A stretch of 64,000 nucleotides of DNA from an uncultured Candidatus Rokubacteria bacterium (GTDB lineage Bacteria > Methylomirabilota > Methylomirabilia > Rokubacteriales > CSP1-6): assembly GCA_963747235.1 (NCBI GenBank), contig CAVVEU010000040.1:384001-448000 (forward strand), given 5' to 3'. A model generated the notes under the pieces. It was not told the DNA's origin. It was given only the letters and a program-made list of their open reading frames with translations, and searched no databases. Positions 52,983-62,526 of the stretch are shown in pieces (the stretch's first letter is position 1; the number at the start of each line of letters is the position of its first letter). The position numbers and the translations under genes are program-made.

Positions 52983-54575
52983 TCAGGTGACTTTGCTGTA
53001 CACGCCGGGGGGGATCACCCGGTAGATCGGGAGCGGCTGCGAGACGTTCTTGAAGCTGCGCTCGCCGAGCGATTCCAGCACGAAGAGCCCGGCGATGCGG
53101 TCCGCGGTCACCTGGCCCACCACGATGTCGCCGCCCTCCGCGGCGCCCGCGAACCGCGCCGCGATGTTGGTGGTGGGGCCGGTCGCGGTGAACGTCCAGC
53201 GCTCCGACGCCGCCCCGCTCAGCTTGGTGGCGCCCACCAGCGCCTGGCCGGTATTGATCCCCATGTGCAGCGCGATGGCCGGGAACACGCCCTCGTACTC
53301 CTCGTTCAGCGCGGTGGTCTTCTGGCGGATCGCGAAGGCGGCCCGGGTCGCGTTGAGCGCGTGGTCCTCGTCGCCCCCGCCGGGCCCGCGCGGCTGCTTC
53401 TGGAAGATCACCATGAGCCCGTCGCCCGCGGTCTCGTTCACGTCTCCGTGGTGCCGGCGGATGATCTCGAGGAAGCTCGAGAAGTAGGTCTGGACGAGCT
53501 GGTTGAGCCGCTTGGCCTCGAGCTGCTCGGAGAGCCGCGTGTAGCCCGCGATGTCGAGGAAGAGCACCGAGACCTCCTCGTTGCGCTTCTCCAGCGCGGT
53601 CGCGCTGGGATCCCGCTCCAGCAGCTCCTTGACCGCGTCGGGCACGAACTTGGAGAGCTCGCCCTTGAGCTGCTCGAGCACCTCGAGCCGCTGCCGCGAG
53701 GCCTGCAGGTTCTCGAGCGCGGTGGCCAGCTCGGTATTGCGGGCCGCCAAGCTCTGCTGGGCGAGTTCAAGGTGGCCGGTCATGTCGTTGAGCGCGCCCC
53801 CGAGCTCGGCCACCTCGTCGCCGGAGCCGGCGCGCGCCCGCACCGCGAAGTCGCCCCCGCCGATGCGCCGGGCCACCGCGGCCAGCTCGTGGATCGGCCG
53901 CACCACCACGTAGCGCATGGCCACCGCGAGCACCGCGGCCGCCGCCACGATGGTCAGGAGCCCGATCATGATCTGCCGATTCCGCTGCATGCGCACCTCG
54001 GCCATCACCGGCTCCATGGAGGTCGCCGCCTGGATGACCGCGCGCACCTTGTGGTCCGAGCCGTGGCAGCCCTGGCAGCGCTCCTGGTTGGGGATCGGCT
54101 GGTACACCGTGAACATGGTGACGCCGTCGCGGGACTCGAGCGCCTCCTGGGTCTGCAGCGTCTCGAGCGCCCGGCTGAAGAGCGGCCCCGCCATCGTGCG
54201 ACCCGGCTCGCGGCGCATCTTCTCGATCGAGGCCATCACGTCCTTCGGGAGCTCGGCTTCCTTCGAGACCTCGCGTAGCGTCGCCAGGTCGGTGAAGGCT
54301 TCCACCCCGTTACGCCGATAGACGACCAGGCCCTGGACGAGCTTTGAATTGCGTAGATCGTCGATGAGGCCGCGGGTGATGTCGGGCCGCTCGGAGAGCA
54401 TGGCGGTCTCGATGCTCGAGACCAGGGTGCCGATGAGCTGGCGCGCCGACATCTTGTTCTGCTCGACGAGCAGCTCGCTCTCCCGCTTGATGGTCAGGAC
54501 GGTCGCGATCCCGAACCCGACGATCAACACCAGGATGATCAGGACGGTGATCTTGGCGGTGAGCCGGATGCGCAT
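52983..54575 (-). CDS. Class III nucleotide cyclase with periplasmic c-type heme (CxxCH) sensor and HAMP domain
   Basis: TM - periplasmic domain with CQGCH - TM - HAMP (RPI..L...GDF...DEV.EL) - cyclase (FLDIAGYT, VNETAGDGLM, GINTG, TNIAARF). Confidence 0.88.
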   Translation of the reverse strand: MRIRLTAKITVLIILVLIVGFGIATVLTIKRESELLVEQNKMSARQLIGTLVSSIETAMLSERPDITRGLIDDLRNSKLVQGLVVYRRNGVEAFTDLATLREVSKEAELPKDVMASIEKMRREPGRTMAGPLFSRALETLQTQEALESRDGVTMFTVYQPIPNQERCQGCHGSDHKVRAVIQAATSMEPVMAEVRMQRNRQIMIGLLTIVAAAAVLAVAMRYVVVRPIHELAAVARRIGGGDFAVRARAGSGDEVAELGGALNDMTGHLELAQQSLAARNTELATALENLQASRQRLEVLEQLKGELSKFVPDAVKELLERDPSATALEKRNEEVSVLFLDIAGYTRLSEQLEAKRLNQLVQTYFSSFLEIIRRHHGDVNETAGDGLMVIFQKQPRGPGGGDEDHALNATRAAFAIRQKTTALNEEYEGVFPAIALHMGINTGQALVGATKLSGAASERWTFTATGPTTNIAARFAGAAEGGDIVVGQVTADRIAGLFVLESLGERSFKNVSQPLPIYRVIPPGVYSKVT

Positions 54576-54586
54576 GCGGGTGGGCC

Positions 54587-56116
54587 TCAGACGCGCGACG
54601 CGCGCCCGGCCCAGTAGGGCTCGCGGAGCTGGCGCTTGAGCAGCTTGCCCGCCGCGTCGCGCGGGAAGACGTCGTGGAAGGAGACCTCGCGGGGCACCTT
54701 GTAGCCGGCCATGTGCTCCCGGCAGAACGCGCTGATCGCCTCGGCGGTCAGGGTCTCCCCGGGGCGCACGTGGAGGGCGGCGTGCACGCGCTCGCCCCAC
54801 TCGTCGTCGGGCACCCCGAAGACGGCCGCGTCGAGCACCTTGGGGTGACGGTGCAGCACGTCCTCGATCTCGGCCGGGTAGATGTTGACGCCCGCCGAGA
54901 TGATCATGTCGCGCTTGCGGTCGCAGATGTAGTAGAAGCCGTCCGCGTCCACGTAGGCCACGTCGCCCACCGTGTACCAGTCGCCCCGGCGCATCTTCTC
55001 GGTCGCGTCGGGATCGCGGTAGTACTCGTCGAGGATGCCGGGGAACCGGCGCACGTAGAGCTCGCCCGGCTCGCCGGTCGGCACCGGCCGGCCGTCGTCG
55101 TCGAGCAGCGCGATCTCCTTGCCCGGCGCCGCGCGCCCGCAGGAGCCCGGCTTGCGCAGCACGTCCTCGGGCCGCAGCACCGTGTTCACCCCGAGCTCGC
55201 TCGAGCCGTAGAACTCGTAGAGCGCGGGCCCGAAGTGCGCCACCACGCCCTCCTTCACGCGCATCGGGCACGGCGCCGCCGCCACGATGATGGCGCGCAT
55301 CGAGGACACGTCGTAGCGCGCCCGCACCGCCGCGGGCAGGTCCACGATGCGCTTGAGCAGGGTCGGAGCCATGAAGGTGCTCGTGCAGCGGTGCCGCTCG
55401 ATCTCGGCCAGCGCCTGCTCCGGATCGAACTTCGGCATGATGACCACGGTGCCGCCGACCAGGTGCGTGTAGAGCGCGAACCCGCCCGGCGCCGAGTGGT
55501 ACATGGGGCCGGCCACCAGGTGCACATGGGCCGGATCGAGCAGGTCCATGGCTCCCAGCGTGTCCATCAAGTCTTGGGGATTGATCCCGCGCCGCAGGGC
55601 CCCCTTGGGCTTCCCGGTGGTCCCGCCGGTATAGATGATGGACGCGCCGAAGCCCTCGCCCCCCCGGGGCTCCACCGGATCGGGCCGTCCCGCGGCCAGC
55701 AGGTCGTCCACGTGCACGCCCCAGGGCCGGCGCGCCGACCCCAGCAGGATCCACTGCCGCACCTTCCTGGCCTGGGCGCGGATGGCCTCGACCACGGGCA
55801 GGAAGCGATCGCTCACCAGCACCGCGACCGCGTCGGAGTGCTCGAGGATGTAGAGCGCCTCCTCGGCCACGAGGCGGTGATTCATCGGCGCCGGGATCAA
55901 CCCCGCCGCGCGCGCGGCGACGCCGGCCAGGTAGTGCTCCAGCGAGTTCTCCGCGTAGACGATGACGTGGCCGCCGGGCGGCAGGCCCAGGCCGATGAGG
56001 CCGTGGGCCAGCCGGTTGCGCCGGGCGACGAGCTCGGCCCAGCTCCAGGCGCGCTCGCCTTCGAGGAGAGCCGGCTTCTCGGGATGCCGGGCGGCGTGCG
56101 CGGCGAGAACGTCCAT
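54587..56116 (-). CDS. AMP-binding acyl-CoA synthetase
   Basis: YTGGTTGKPKG, FYGSSE, GD....D.DG...ICDRKRDMIISAGVNIYP.EIE, GKLLK. Confidence 0.92.
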   Translation of the reverse strand: MDVLAAHAARHPEKPALLEGERAWSWAELVARRNRLAHGLIGLGLPPGGHVIVYAENSLEHYLAGVAARAAGLIPAPMNHRLVAEEALYILEHSDAVAVLVSDRFLPVVEAIRAQARKVRQWILLGSARRPWGVHVDDLLAAGRPDPVEPRGGEGFGASIIYTGGTTGKPKGALRRGINPQDLMDTLGAMDLLDPAHVHLVAGPMYHSAPGGFALYTHLVGGTVVIMPKFDPEQALAEIERHRCTSTFMAPTLLKRIVDLPAAVRARYDVSSMRAIIVAAAPCPMRVKEGVVAHFGPALYEFYGSSELGVNTVLRPEDVLRKPGSCGRAAPGKEIALLDDDGRPVPTGEPGELYVRRFPGILDEYYRDPDATEKMRRGDWYTVGDVAYVDADGFYYICDRKRDMIISAGVNIYPAEIEDVLHRHPKVLDAAVFGVPDDEWGERVHAALHVRPGETLTAEAISAFCREHMAGYKVPREVSFHDVFPRDAAGKLLKRQLREPYWAGRASRV

Positions 56117-56231
56117 CGCTTCCGCGTGTGTAGCATGAATCGGGCGGGGGCGGCAACCGATGGGCGCTTCACACGCGCCCCCGGTCGGTGTCACAATGGC
56201 GTGGGCTCCATCACAGCGAGGGAGGATGCCC

Positions 56232-56690
56232 ATGGCGGCGGATCGATCGTACGTGGCGGAGAACCAGGCGCAGCTCGAGCGGCTCCGCGCCCTCATCGAC
56301 AAGCTGAGCGACCAGCAGCTCGCCGGGCCGATGGAGGCGGGCTGGACGGTGGCCGGCGTCCTGGCCCACCTCGCCTTCTGGGACGAGCGGATCGTGACCC
56401 TGCATCGACGCGCTGGGACGGAGGACGCGGCACTCCGCCGCCGGGCTACGACGAGGCGGGGGTGGACTGGATCAACGACGCGGGCAAGCCGCTCTGCCTG
56501 GCGCTGCCGCCGCGGGTCGCCGCGCGGATGGCGGTGGAGGCGGCGGTCGCCGCGGACGAGCGGCGTGGCCGGCCTGTCGGAGGCGCAGCTCGCGGCGAAC
56601 GCGGCCGCGGGCAGCCCGATCAGCGTGCTGCGCGCCGAGCACCGGCGCGAGCACCTGGACGAGATCGAGCACATCCTGGCGCGCCGCTAG
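56232..56690 (+). CDS. DinB/MDMPI-family protein (frameshifted)
   Basis: GWTVAGVLAHLAFWD and C-terminal EHRREHLDEI metal-binding His pattern. Confidence 0.75.
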   Translation: MAADRSYVAENQAQLERLRALIDKLSDQQLAGPMEAGWTVAGVLAHLAFWDERIVTLHRRAGTEDAALRRRATTRRGWTGSTTRASRSAWRCRRGSPRGWRWRRRSPRTSGVAGLSEAQLAANAAAGSPISVLRAEHRREHLDEIEHILARR

Positions 56691-56773
56691 CGGCGGGCCG
56701 GGACGCGAGGCCTACCAGCCGGTAACCGCACTCGTCAGCCGGACTACCGGGCGATCGACCGACCTGATGCGAC

Positions 56774-57676
56774 TTACCAGCCCGCGTAGATCCCCTCGCG
56801 GGTGGTGGGCGCGGTCCCGCGCGTCTGGTCCCACTGCTTCTGCATCAGGATCTGGTAGAGGCCGATCGAGCCGGTCGCGAAGGCCGCCGACGAGCACGTG
56901 AGGTAGAGGAGCCAGGTCCGGTAGACCTGCTCGCCCACGATCGCGCGCGCCTCGTCCGCGCGGGCCTTGAGACGCTCCGCCCACTGCCGGCACGTGCGCG
57001 CGTAGTGCGGCCGCAGGTTCTCCAGATCGAGCAGCTCCCAGCCCGCCCGCTCCATCTCGGTGAGCGTCTCGGTCACGCCGGAGAGATCGCCGTTGGGGAA
57101 GACGTGGCGATAGAGGAAGTCGGTCTGGCTGGTGCGCTTCCAGTGGAACTCGTGGTGGATGCCGTGGTTGAGGTAGAGGCCCCCGTCCACCAGCATCTCC
57201 TTCACCCGCGCGAAGAACGACGGGTAGTTCGGGATGCCCACGTGCTCGATCACCCCGATGGCCGCGACCTTGTCGTAGCGCGCGTCCGCGGGCAGGTCCC
57301 GCACGTCGCGGTACTCGACGAGGCACCGGTCCTCGAGCCCTTCCCGCTTGATCCGCGCGGTCGCCCACTCCGCCTGCGCCCTGGAGAGCGTGACCCCGTG
57401 GGCGCGGACGCCGTAGTGCTGGGCGGCCCAGATGCTGAAGCCGCCCCAGCCGCAGCCGATGTCGAGCACCCGCTCGCCCGGCTGCAGTCGCAGCTTCCGG
57501 CAGACCAGGTCGAGCTTGTCCTCCTGCGCCTGCTCGAGCTTGCCGTCCGCGTCGCGGTAGTACGCGCACGTGTAGACCATCAGCGGGTCCAGGAACAGCG
57601 CGTAGAAGTCATTCGAGACGTCGTAGTGATGCGCGATCGATCGGGCGTCGTGATCCTTGGATCGAGCCTGTGTCAT
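56774..57676 (-). CDS. Cyclopropane-fatty-acyl-phospholipid synthase family methyltransferase (catalytic domain only)
   Basis: HYDVSNDFY..FLD..MVYTCAY, LEQAQ..KL, LDIGCGWG, IEHVG, HYARTC..W, W..YL..S...F. Confidence 0.9.
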   Translation of the reverse strand: MTQARSKDHDARSIAHHYDVSNDFYALFLDPLMVYTCAYYRDADGKLEQAQEDKLDLVCRKLRLQPGERVLDIGCGWGGFSIWAAQHYGVRAHGVTLSRAQAEWATARIKREGLEDRCLVEYRDVRDLPADARYDKVAAIGVIEHVGIPNYPSFFARVKEMLVDGGLYLNHGIHHEFHWKRTSQTDFLYRHVFPNGDLSGVTETLTEMERAGWELLDLENLRPHYARTCRQWAERLKARADEARAIVGEQVYRTWLLYLTCSSAAFATGSIGLYQILMQKQWDQTRGTAPTTREGIYAGW

Positions 57677-58797
57677 GGCGCCACCTCTCGCATGCCGAAG
57701 ATGGAATCGAACACGATCCGTCGCCGCGCCGCCTCCGAGCCCAGGACCACCCGCACCCCGAGCCGGGCCAGCGCGTCGGGGAGATTCGAGAGCTTCCGCT
57801 GGAGCCAGCCGGCCTCACCGGGGCCATAGCGCGCCACGATCTCCCGCGCATAGCCGTCGAGCGGCGTGCCCTGGCGAATGAGCGCCGTCACGGCCGCCGC
57901 GGCCAGCCGGCCGCTCCGGATGGCGGGCCCGATCCCCTCGCCCGACAGGTCGCGGGCGAGCCCGGCCGCATCGCCGATGAGGCAGAACCGGCGGCCAGCC
58001 AGGCGCCGGGGCGCCTGCCGCCGCACCACGTACGCGTGCCCCTTGAACGGCTCGAGCGGGATCCCGTCCGGCAGGCGGCCCGACGCGCGCAAGCTCGCCA
58101 TCAGCGCGTCGCGCCGCCGGGGCAGGCTACCGTCGCCGCCCTGGGTGCAGCCGACGCCGATATTGATGAAGTCGCGCTTCGGGAAGTACCAGCCGTAGCC
58201 GCGCAGGTCGGGCTCGATGTAGAGCTCGGGCGCGTGCAGGAACGGCTCGAGGCGCGCGACCCACTCGGGCGGCAGCCGCGTTTCGCTCTCCTGCGCCACC
58301 ACGACCTCCTCGCGCCCGGAGACCTGCCCGAGCACGCGCGCCACCGGGCAGCGATGGCCGCCCGCGCCGATCACCACCGGCGCTTCGAAGGCCCCGCGAT
58401 CGGTCTCGACCCGGACCCGGTCCGCCTGCTCGGCCACGTCGGTCACCCGGACGCCCCAGCGCACGTCCGCCCCCGCGGCCGCGGCCCGCTCGAGCAGATA
58501 GTGATCGAACTCGCGGCGGATGATGCCGTAGCTGGTGGGCCGGCGCCAGCCCGTCTCGTGCCGGGCCCCCGCGAACTCCAGCACGCACTGGTCGAACGGC
58601 TGGATGGTCCTCGGGTACTTGTCGGGGTCCACCTCGAGGTCGACGAGCGCTTCCGGGGTCACCCAGCCCGCGCAGATCTTCACCCGCGGGAAGACCGCCG
58701 CGTCGAGCACGAGGGGGCGCAGGCCCGCCAGGGCCAGCCGCCAGGCCGCGGTGCTCCCGCCCGGCCCGCCCCCGACCACGATCGCGTCGTAACTCAT
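57673..58797 (-). CDS. Geranylgeranyl-reductase-family FAD-dependent oxidoreductase
   Basis: MSYDAIVVGGGPGGS, FPRVKICAG, RREFD..L, GYGWYFPK, IGDAAG....SGEGI.PAIRSG. Confidence 0.88.
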   Translation of the reverse strand: MSYDAIVVGGGPGGSTAAWRLALAGLRPLVLDAAVFPRVKICAGWVTPEALVDLEVDPDKYPRTIQPFDQCVLEFAGARHETGWRRPTSYGIIRREFDHYLLERAAAAGADVRWGVRVTDVAEQADRVRVETDRGAFEAPVVIGAGGHRCPVARVLGQVSGREEVVVAQESETRLPPEWVARLEPFLHAPELYIEPDLRGYGWYFPKRDFINIGVGCTQGGDGSLPRRRDALMASLRASGRLPDGIPLEPFKGHAYVVRRQAPRRLAGRRFCLIGDAAGLARDLSGEGIGPAIRSGRLAAAAVTALIRQGTPLDGYAREIVARYGPGEAGWLQRKLSNLPDALARLGVRVVLGSEAARRRIVFDSIFGMREVAP

Positions 58798-59147
58798 CAC
58801 CGCCTCCACAGCGACAGCAAGATCGACAACTTCTGGAGCGGCGTCACCTTCAGGTCCTCGACCACGTTGGCCACGTCCATCGCCCGGAACAGGTCGCCTT
58901 CCAGGTCGATCCGGCTCTGCACGTAGGCCTCGGCGAAATTGTACGGCGAAGGGTCCCGGATCAGGGCCAGGAACGTTTCCGGGCTCTTGATGACCGCGAT
59001 GCACTCGGGCCGGTCCGAGCCGAAGCGCACCTCCTGGCCGTCCCAGAGCCGGAAGGCGAACGCGGCGGGCAGGCTCCCGAAGACCCGTCGCAGGATCGCG
59101 GCGGCCCGGGCGGGAGTCGGGGTGGGGGTCAGGAAGGCCAGCATCAC
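58797..59147 (-). CDS. Stand-alone protein resembling the N-terminal (lipid-binding) domain of cyclopropane fatty acid synthase
   Basis: FRLWDG.EVRFG....IAVIKSP..F..L...P....FAEAYV..RIDLEGDL matches the pattern of Cfa N-termini. Confidence 0.7.
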   Translation of the reverse strand: MMLAFLTPTPTPARAAAILRRVFGSLPAAFAFRLWDGQEVRFGSDRPECIAVIKSPETFLALIRDPSPYNFAEAYVQSRIDLEGDLFRAMDVANVVEDLKVTPLQKLSILLSLWRR

Positions 59148-59863
59148 CCGCGGAGGGTCTTCATGACGTCGGGGTTCTCGAACGCACGCCTGGGCTCTCC
59201 TTCGAAGATGATCTCGCCGCGGTCGATAGCATACAACCGATCGGCCACCCGGGAGGCGGTCATCAAATTGGACTCGGCGATCAGGAGGGAGATGCCCATG
59301 GCCTTGATTTGCTTGACCGCGTCGATGAACCGGCTCACCACCACCGGGGCCAGCCCCTCGAACGGCTCGTCCAGCAGCAGGATGGACGGCGAGAGCGTCA
59401 TGGCCCGGCCGATCGCCACCATCTTCTTCTGGCCACCCGACAGGAAGAGCCCCCGCCGGCCCGTGAAATCGCCGATCTCGGGGAAGAGCCTCAGCACGCG
59501 CTCGTCGATGCCGTTGCCCGCCAGCACCGCGCCCCCCTTCCCGGCGGACCGGGCGAGCGACTGGCTGATGCGGAAATTCTCCGCGACGGTCAGATCGGGG
59601 AAGATCCCCGCGTCCTCCGGCGAGTAGCCGATGCCCGCGAGCGCCCGCCGATGCGTGGGCAGCTTCGTGATGTCGCGGCCCCCGAGGGCGACCCGGCCGC
59701 TGCGCACGGGCAGCAGGCCCATGATGCCGTCGATGGTGGTCGTCTTGCCCGCGCCGTTGCGCCCGACCAGGCAGACCGATTCGCGGTCCCCGACGGTCAG
59801 CGAGAGGTTCCGCAGCACCTGGGCGGGCCCGCGGAAGACGTTCAGCCCCTCGAGCTCGAGCAT
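59144..59863 (-). CDS. LivF-like ABC ATP-binding protein
   Basis: [26 protein letters not shown]. Confidence 0.9.
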   Translation of the reverse strand: MLELEGLNVFRGPAQVLRNLSLTVGDRESVCLVGRNGAGKTTTIDGIMGLLPVRSGRVALGGRDITKLPTHRRALAGIGYSPEDAGIFPDLTVAENFRISQSLARSAGKGGAVLAGNGIDERVLRLFPEIGDFTGRRGLFLSGGQKKMVAIGRAMTLSPSILLLDEPFEGLAPVVVSRFIDAVKQIKAMGISLLIAESNLMTASRVADRLYAIDRGEIIFEGEPRRAFENPDVMKTLRG

Positions 59864-59867
59864 TCGG

Positions 59868-60620
59868 TCAGGCGGTCGGGGCGCCGAGCAGGTTGGCGGT
59901 CACCTGGGGGTGGTTCCGGATCTGGTCCGGCGTGCCGTCGGCCAGGATGGCGCCCTGGTGCATGGCCACGATCCGGGGGCAATAGGTGAAGACCACGTCC
60001 ATGTCGTGCTCGACGATGACCGCGGTGATGCCGCCCGAGCGGACCACCGCGGTGATGATGTCCATGATCGGCGCCTTCTCGCGCGTGCTGACCCCGCTGG
60101 TCGGCTCGTCCAGGAAGAGGAGCTTGGGCCGGAGCGCGTAGGCCACCGCCACGTCGAGCAGCTTGCGCTCGCCCTGGGACAGGCCGCCCGCGGGCGACCC
60201 GGTGCGGGCGTCGAGCCCGAACTGCTTGAGCACCGCCACCGCCTCGTCCCGCACCGCGGTGTCGGCGGCGGCCAGCCTGAACAACCGCCGCGTGCGCCCT
60301 TCGCGGGAGAAGATGGCCAGCGTCACGTTGTCGTGCACGCTCAGCTGGTCGAACAGGTTGACGAGCTGGAAGCTGCGCGCGATCCCGAGCTCGATCTTGT
60401 GGTGGATGGAGGCCCGCGTGATGTCGGCCCCCTGGAACTCGATGCGGCCGGAGTCGGGCGGGATGAGCCCGCTGATCAGGTTGATCAGGGTCGTCTTCCC
60501 CGCGCCGTTGGAGCCGATGAGGGCCAGCACCTCGCCCGCGGTCACCGTGAAGTCCACGTGGTCCACCGCGTGGGTCTCCCCGAAGGACTTGCTGAGCTGG
60601 GTGGTCTTGAGGATGTCCAC
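59868..60620 (-). CDS. LivG-like ABC ATP-binding protein
   Basis: GSNGAGKTT, RSFQ, LSQGERK, DEPTSG, VEHDM. Confidence 0.9.
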   Translation of the reverse strand: MDILKTTQLSKSFGETHAVDHVDFTVTAGEVLALIGSNGAGKTTLINLISGLIPPDSGRIEFQGADITRASIHHKIELGIARSFQLVNLFDQLSVHDNVTLAIFSREGRTRRLFRLAAADTAVRDEAVAVLKQFGLDARTGSPAGGLSQGERKLLDVAVAYALRPKLLFLDEPTSGVSTREKAPIMDIITAVVRSGGITAVIVEHDMDVVFTYCPRIVAMHQGAILADGTPDQIRNHPQVTANLLGAPTA

Positions 60621-60622
60621 GC

Positions 60623-61597
60623 TCAGGCCGCCTTGGCCGGGCGCACCGCGAAGCGCCGCACGGTCCCCACGATCCCCGCGGGCAGTGCCAGCACCAGCAC
60701 CACCAGCACGATGCCCAGCACCATCTGCCAGTACACGGTGTGGCCCACCGCGTAGGTCTCGAGGTAGTTGAAGATGATCGCGCCGATGATCGGGCCGAAG
60801 AAGGTCTGGAAACCGCCCAGCACCGTGAAGAAGACCATCTTGCCCGAGAAGGTCCAGTGCAGGATGTCGGGGGTGGTGAGCCCGTTGAGCGGCACCCACA
60901 GCGCGCCGGCCAGCCCGGTGAAGATCCCGGAGATCAGGAAGGCCACCCAGCGGTAGTGCCAGACCTGCACGCCCACGAACTCGGCGCGCGTCTCGTTGTC
61001 GCGGATCGCCTGGAGCGCCTTGCCGAAGGGGGAGTGCACGATGACCCACATCACGGCCACGCAGACCACGAAGACCGCGAGGACGTAGAAGTAGTACCGG
61101 TGGGAGAGGAACTCGAACTTGTCGCCGCCCGCCCGCACGAATCCGCCGAGCAGGGTGGGCGTCGGCACGCGGAGGCCGTCGCTGCCGCCGGTCACCCAGA
61201 AGAACTTGAACGCGAGGCTCCACAGCACCTGCGACAGCGCCATCGTGAGAATGCCGAAGAAGATCTTGGTGTAGCGCACGCAGAGCAGCCCGAAGAGCGC
61301 GGCCACCGCTCCCGAGGCGAGGATGCCGGCCAGGAGGAAGGCCTCCATGGACTCGAGCTTGAGGTACTTGACGGTGAAGGCCACCGCGTAGGCGCCCATG
61401 CCGAAGTAGGCGGAGTGGCCGAAGGACAGCAGGCCGGTGTAGCCCAGCAGCAGGTTGAAGCCGAGCGCGGCGATCGCGAAGACCAGGCCGTAGGTGAGCA
61501 GCACGGTCTGGTACGGGGGCACCACGTACGGCAGGACGATCAGCGCGAGCAGCACCGGCGCCGACCAGGTGAGCACGCGGCGCGGCGGCCCCGTCAT
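60623..61597 (-). CDS. LivM-like ABC permease
   Basis: FNLLLGYTGLLSFGH, SPFGKAL.AIRDNE.RA, LGG...F.GP. Confidence 0.9.
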   Translation of the reverse strand: MTGPPRRVLTWSAPVLLALIVLPYVVPPYQTVLLTYGLVFAIAALGFNLLLGYTGLLSFGHSAYFGMGAYAVAFTVKYLKLESMEAFLLAGILASGAVAALFGLLCVRYTKIFFGILTMALSQVLWSLAFKFFWVTGGSDGLRVPTPTLLGGFVRAGGDKFEFLSHRYYFYVLAVFVVCVAVMWVIVHSPFGKALQAIRDNETRAEFVGVQVWHYRWVAFLISGIFTGLAGALWVPLNGLTTPDILHWTFSGKMVFFTVLGGFQTFFGPIIGAIIFNYLETYAVGHTVYWQMVLGIVLVVLVLALPAGIVGTVRRFAVRPAKAA

Positions 61598-61620
61598 GGG
61601 CCTGGCTCATGCCTGGGCCT

Positions 61621-62503
61621 TCATGCGCGGCCCAGGATCCCCGCGGGACGGATCATGAGCACGGCCGCCGCCATCAGGTAGAGCACGGCCAGCTCGACCT
61701 CCGGGAAGAACGTGATGCCGGCCTCGCGCACGAAGCCCACCATGAGCGCGCCGATCAGCGCGCCCTCGAGGCTGCCGAGCCCGCCGATGACCACCACCAC
61801 GAACGCGAGGATCAGCGCGTCCACCCCCATGCCGAGCACCGCGCCCTGCTGGGGCACGATCACCGACCCGCCGAGGCCCGCCATGAAGCAGCCGAGCGTG
61901 AAGGCCTGCACGTAGACGCGGTTGACGTTGACGCCGAGGGCGGAGGCCATGCGCATGTTCTGGGACGTGGCGCGCAGCACGACGCCGAACTGGGTGCGAT
62001 AGACGAAGGCCCAGAGCCCGGCGGCCGCGACCCCGCCGATGACGATCACCACCAGGTTGTAGGTCGGGTAGATGGACTCGCCGAAGGTGAGGCTGCCGAG
62101 GCCCTCGTAGAGCGCGCTCGCCTGCAGCGGATAGGGGCCCCAGATGAGCCGCATGAGGTCTTCCAGGATCAGGAGCAGGCCGAAGGTGATGAGGAGCTGA
62201 TACTCCTCCGCGCGGCGATAGAGCGGCCGCAGCAGCGTGGGCTCGAGCACCGCGCCCAGCGCGGCGGCGGCGATCGCGCCGACCGGCAGGAGCGCGTACA
62301 TCCAGATGCTGGCCTCGGTGGCGCCGCCGAGCGCGCGTGCCCACCGCCCACGCGGTCACGTAGGCGCCGAAGGCGTAGAGGTTGCCGTGCGCGAGATTGA
62401 CGATGCGCATGACCCCGTAGATCAGGCTCAACCCGCCCGCGATCAGGAACATCACCGACGCGTAGAGGAGCGCGTTGAGGACGTGGACGACCAGGGTGTC
62501 CAT
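61621..62503 (-). CDS. LivH-like ABC permease (frameshifted)
   Basis: GLSLIYGVMRIVNLAHG, FVVVVIGGLGS, RPAGILG. Confidence 0.88.
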
Positions 62504-62526
62504 GGGCCCCGATAAGATGCCCTAGT

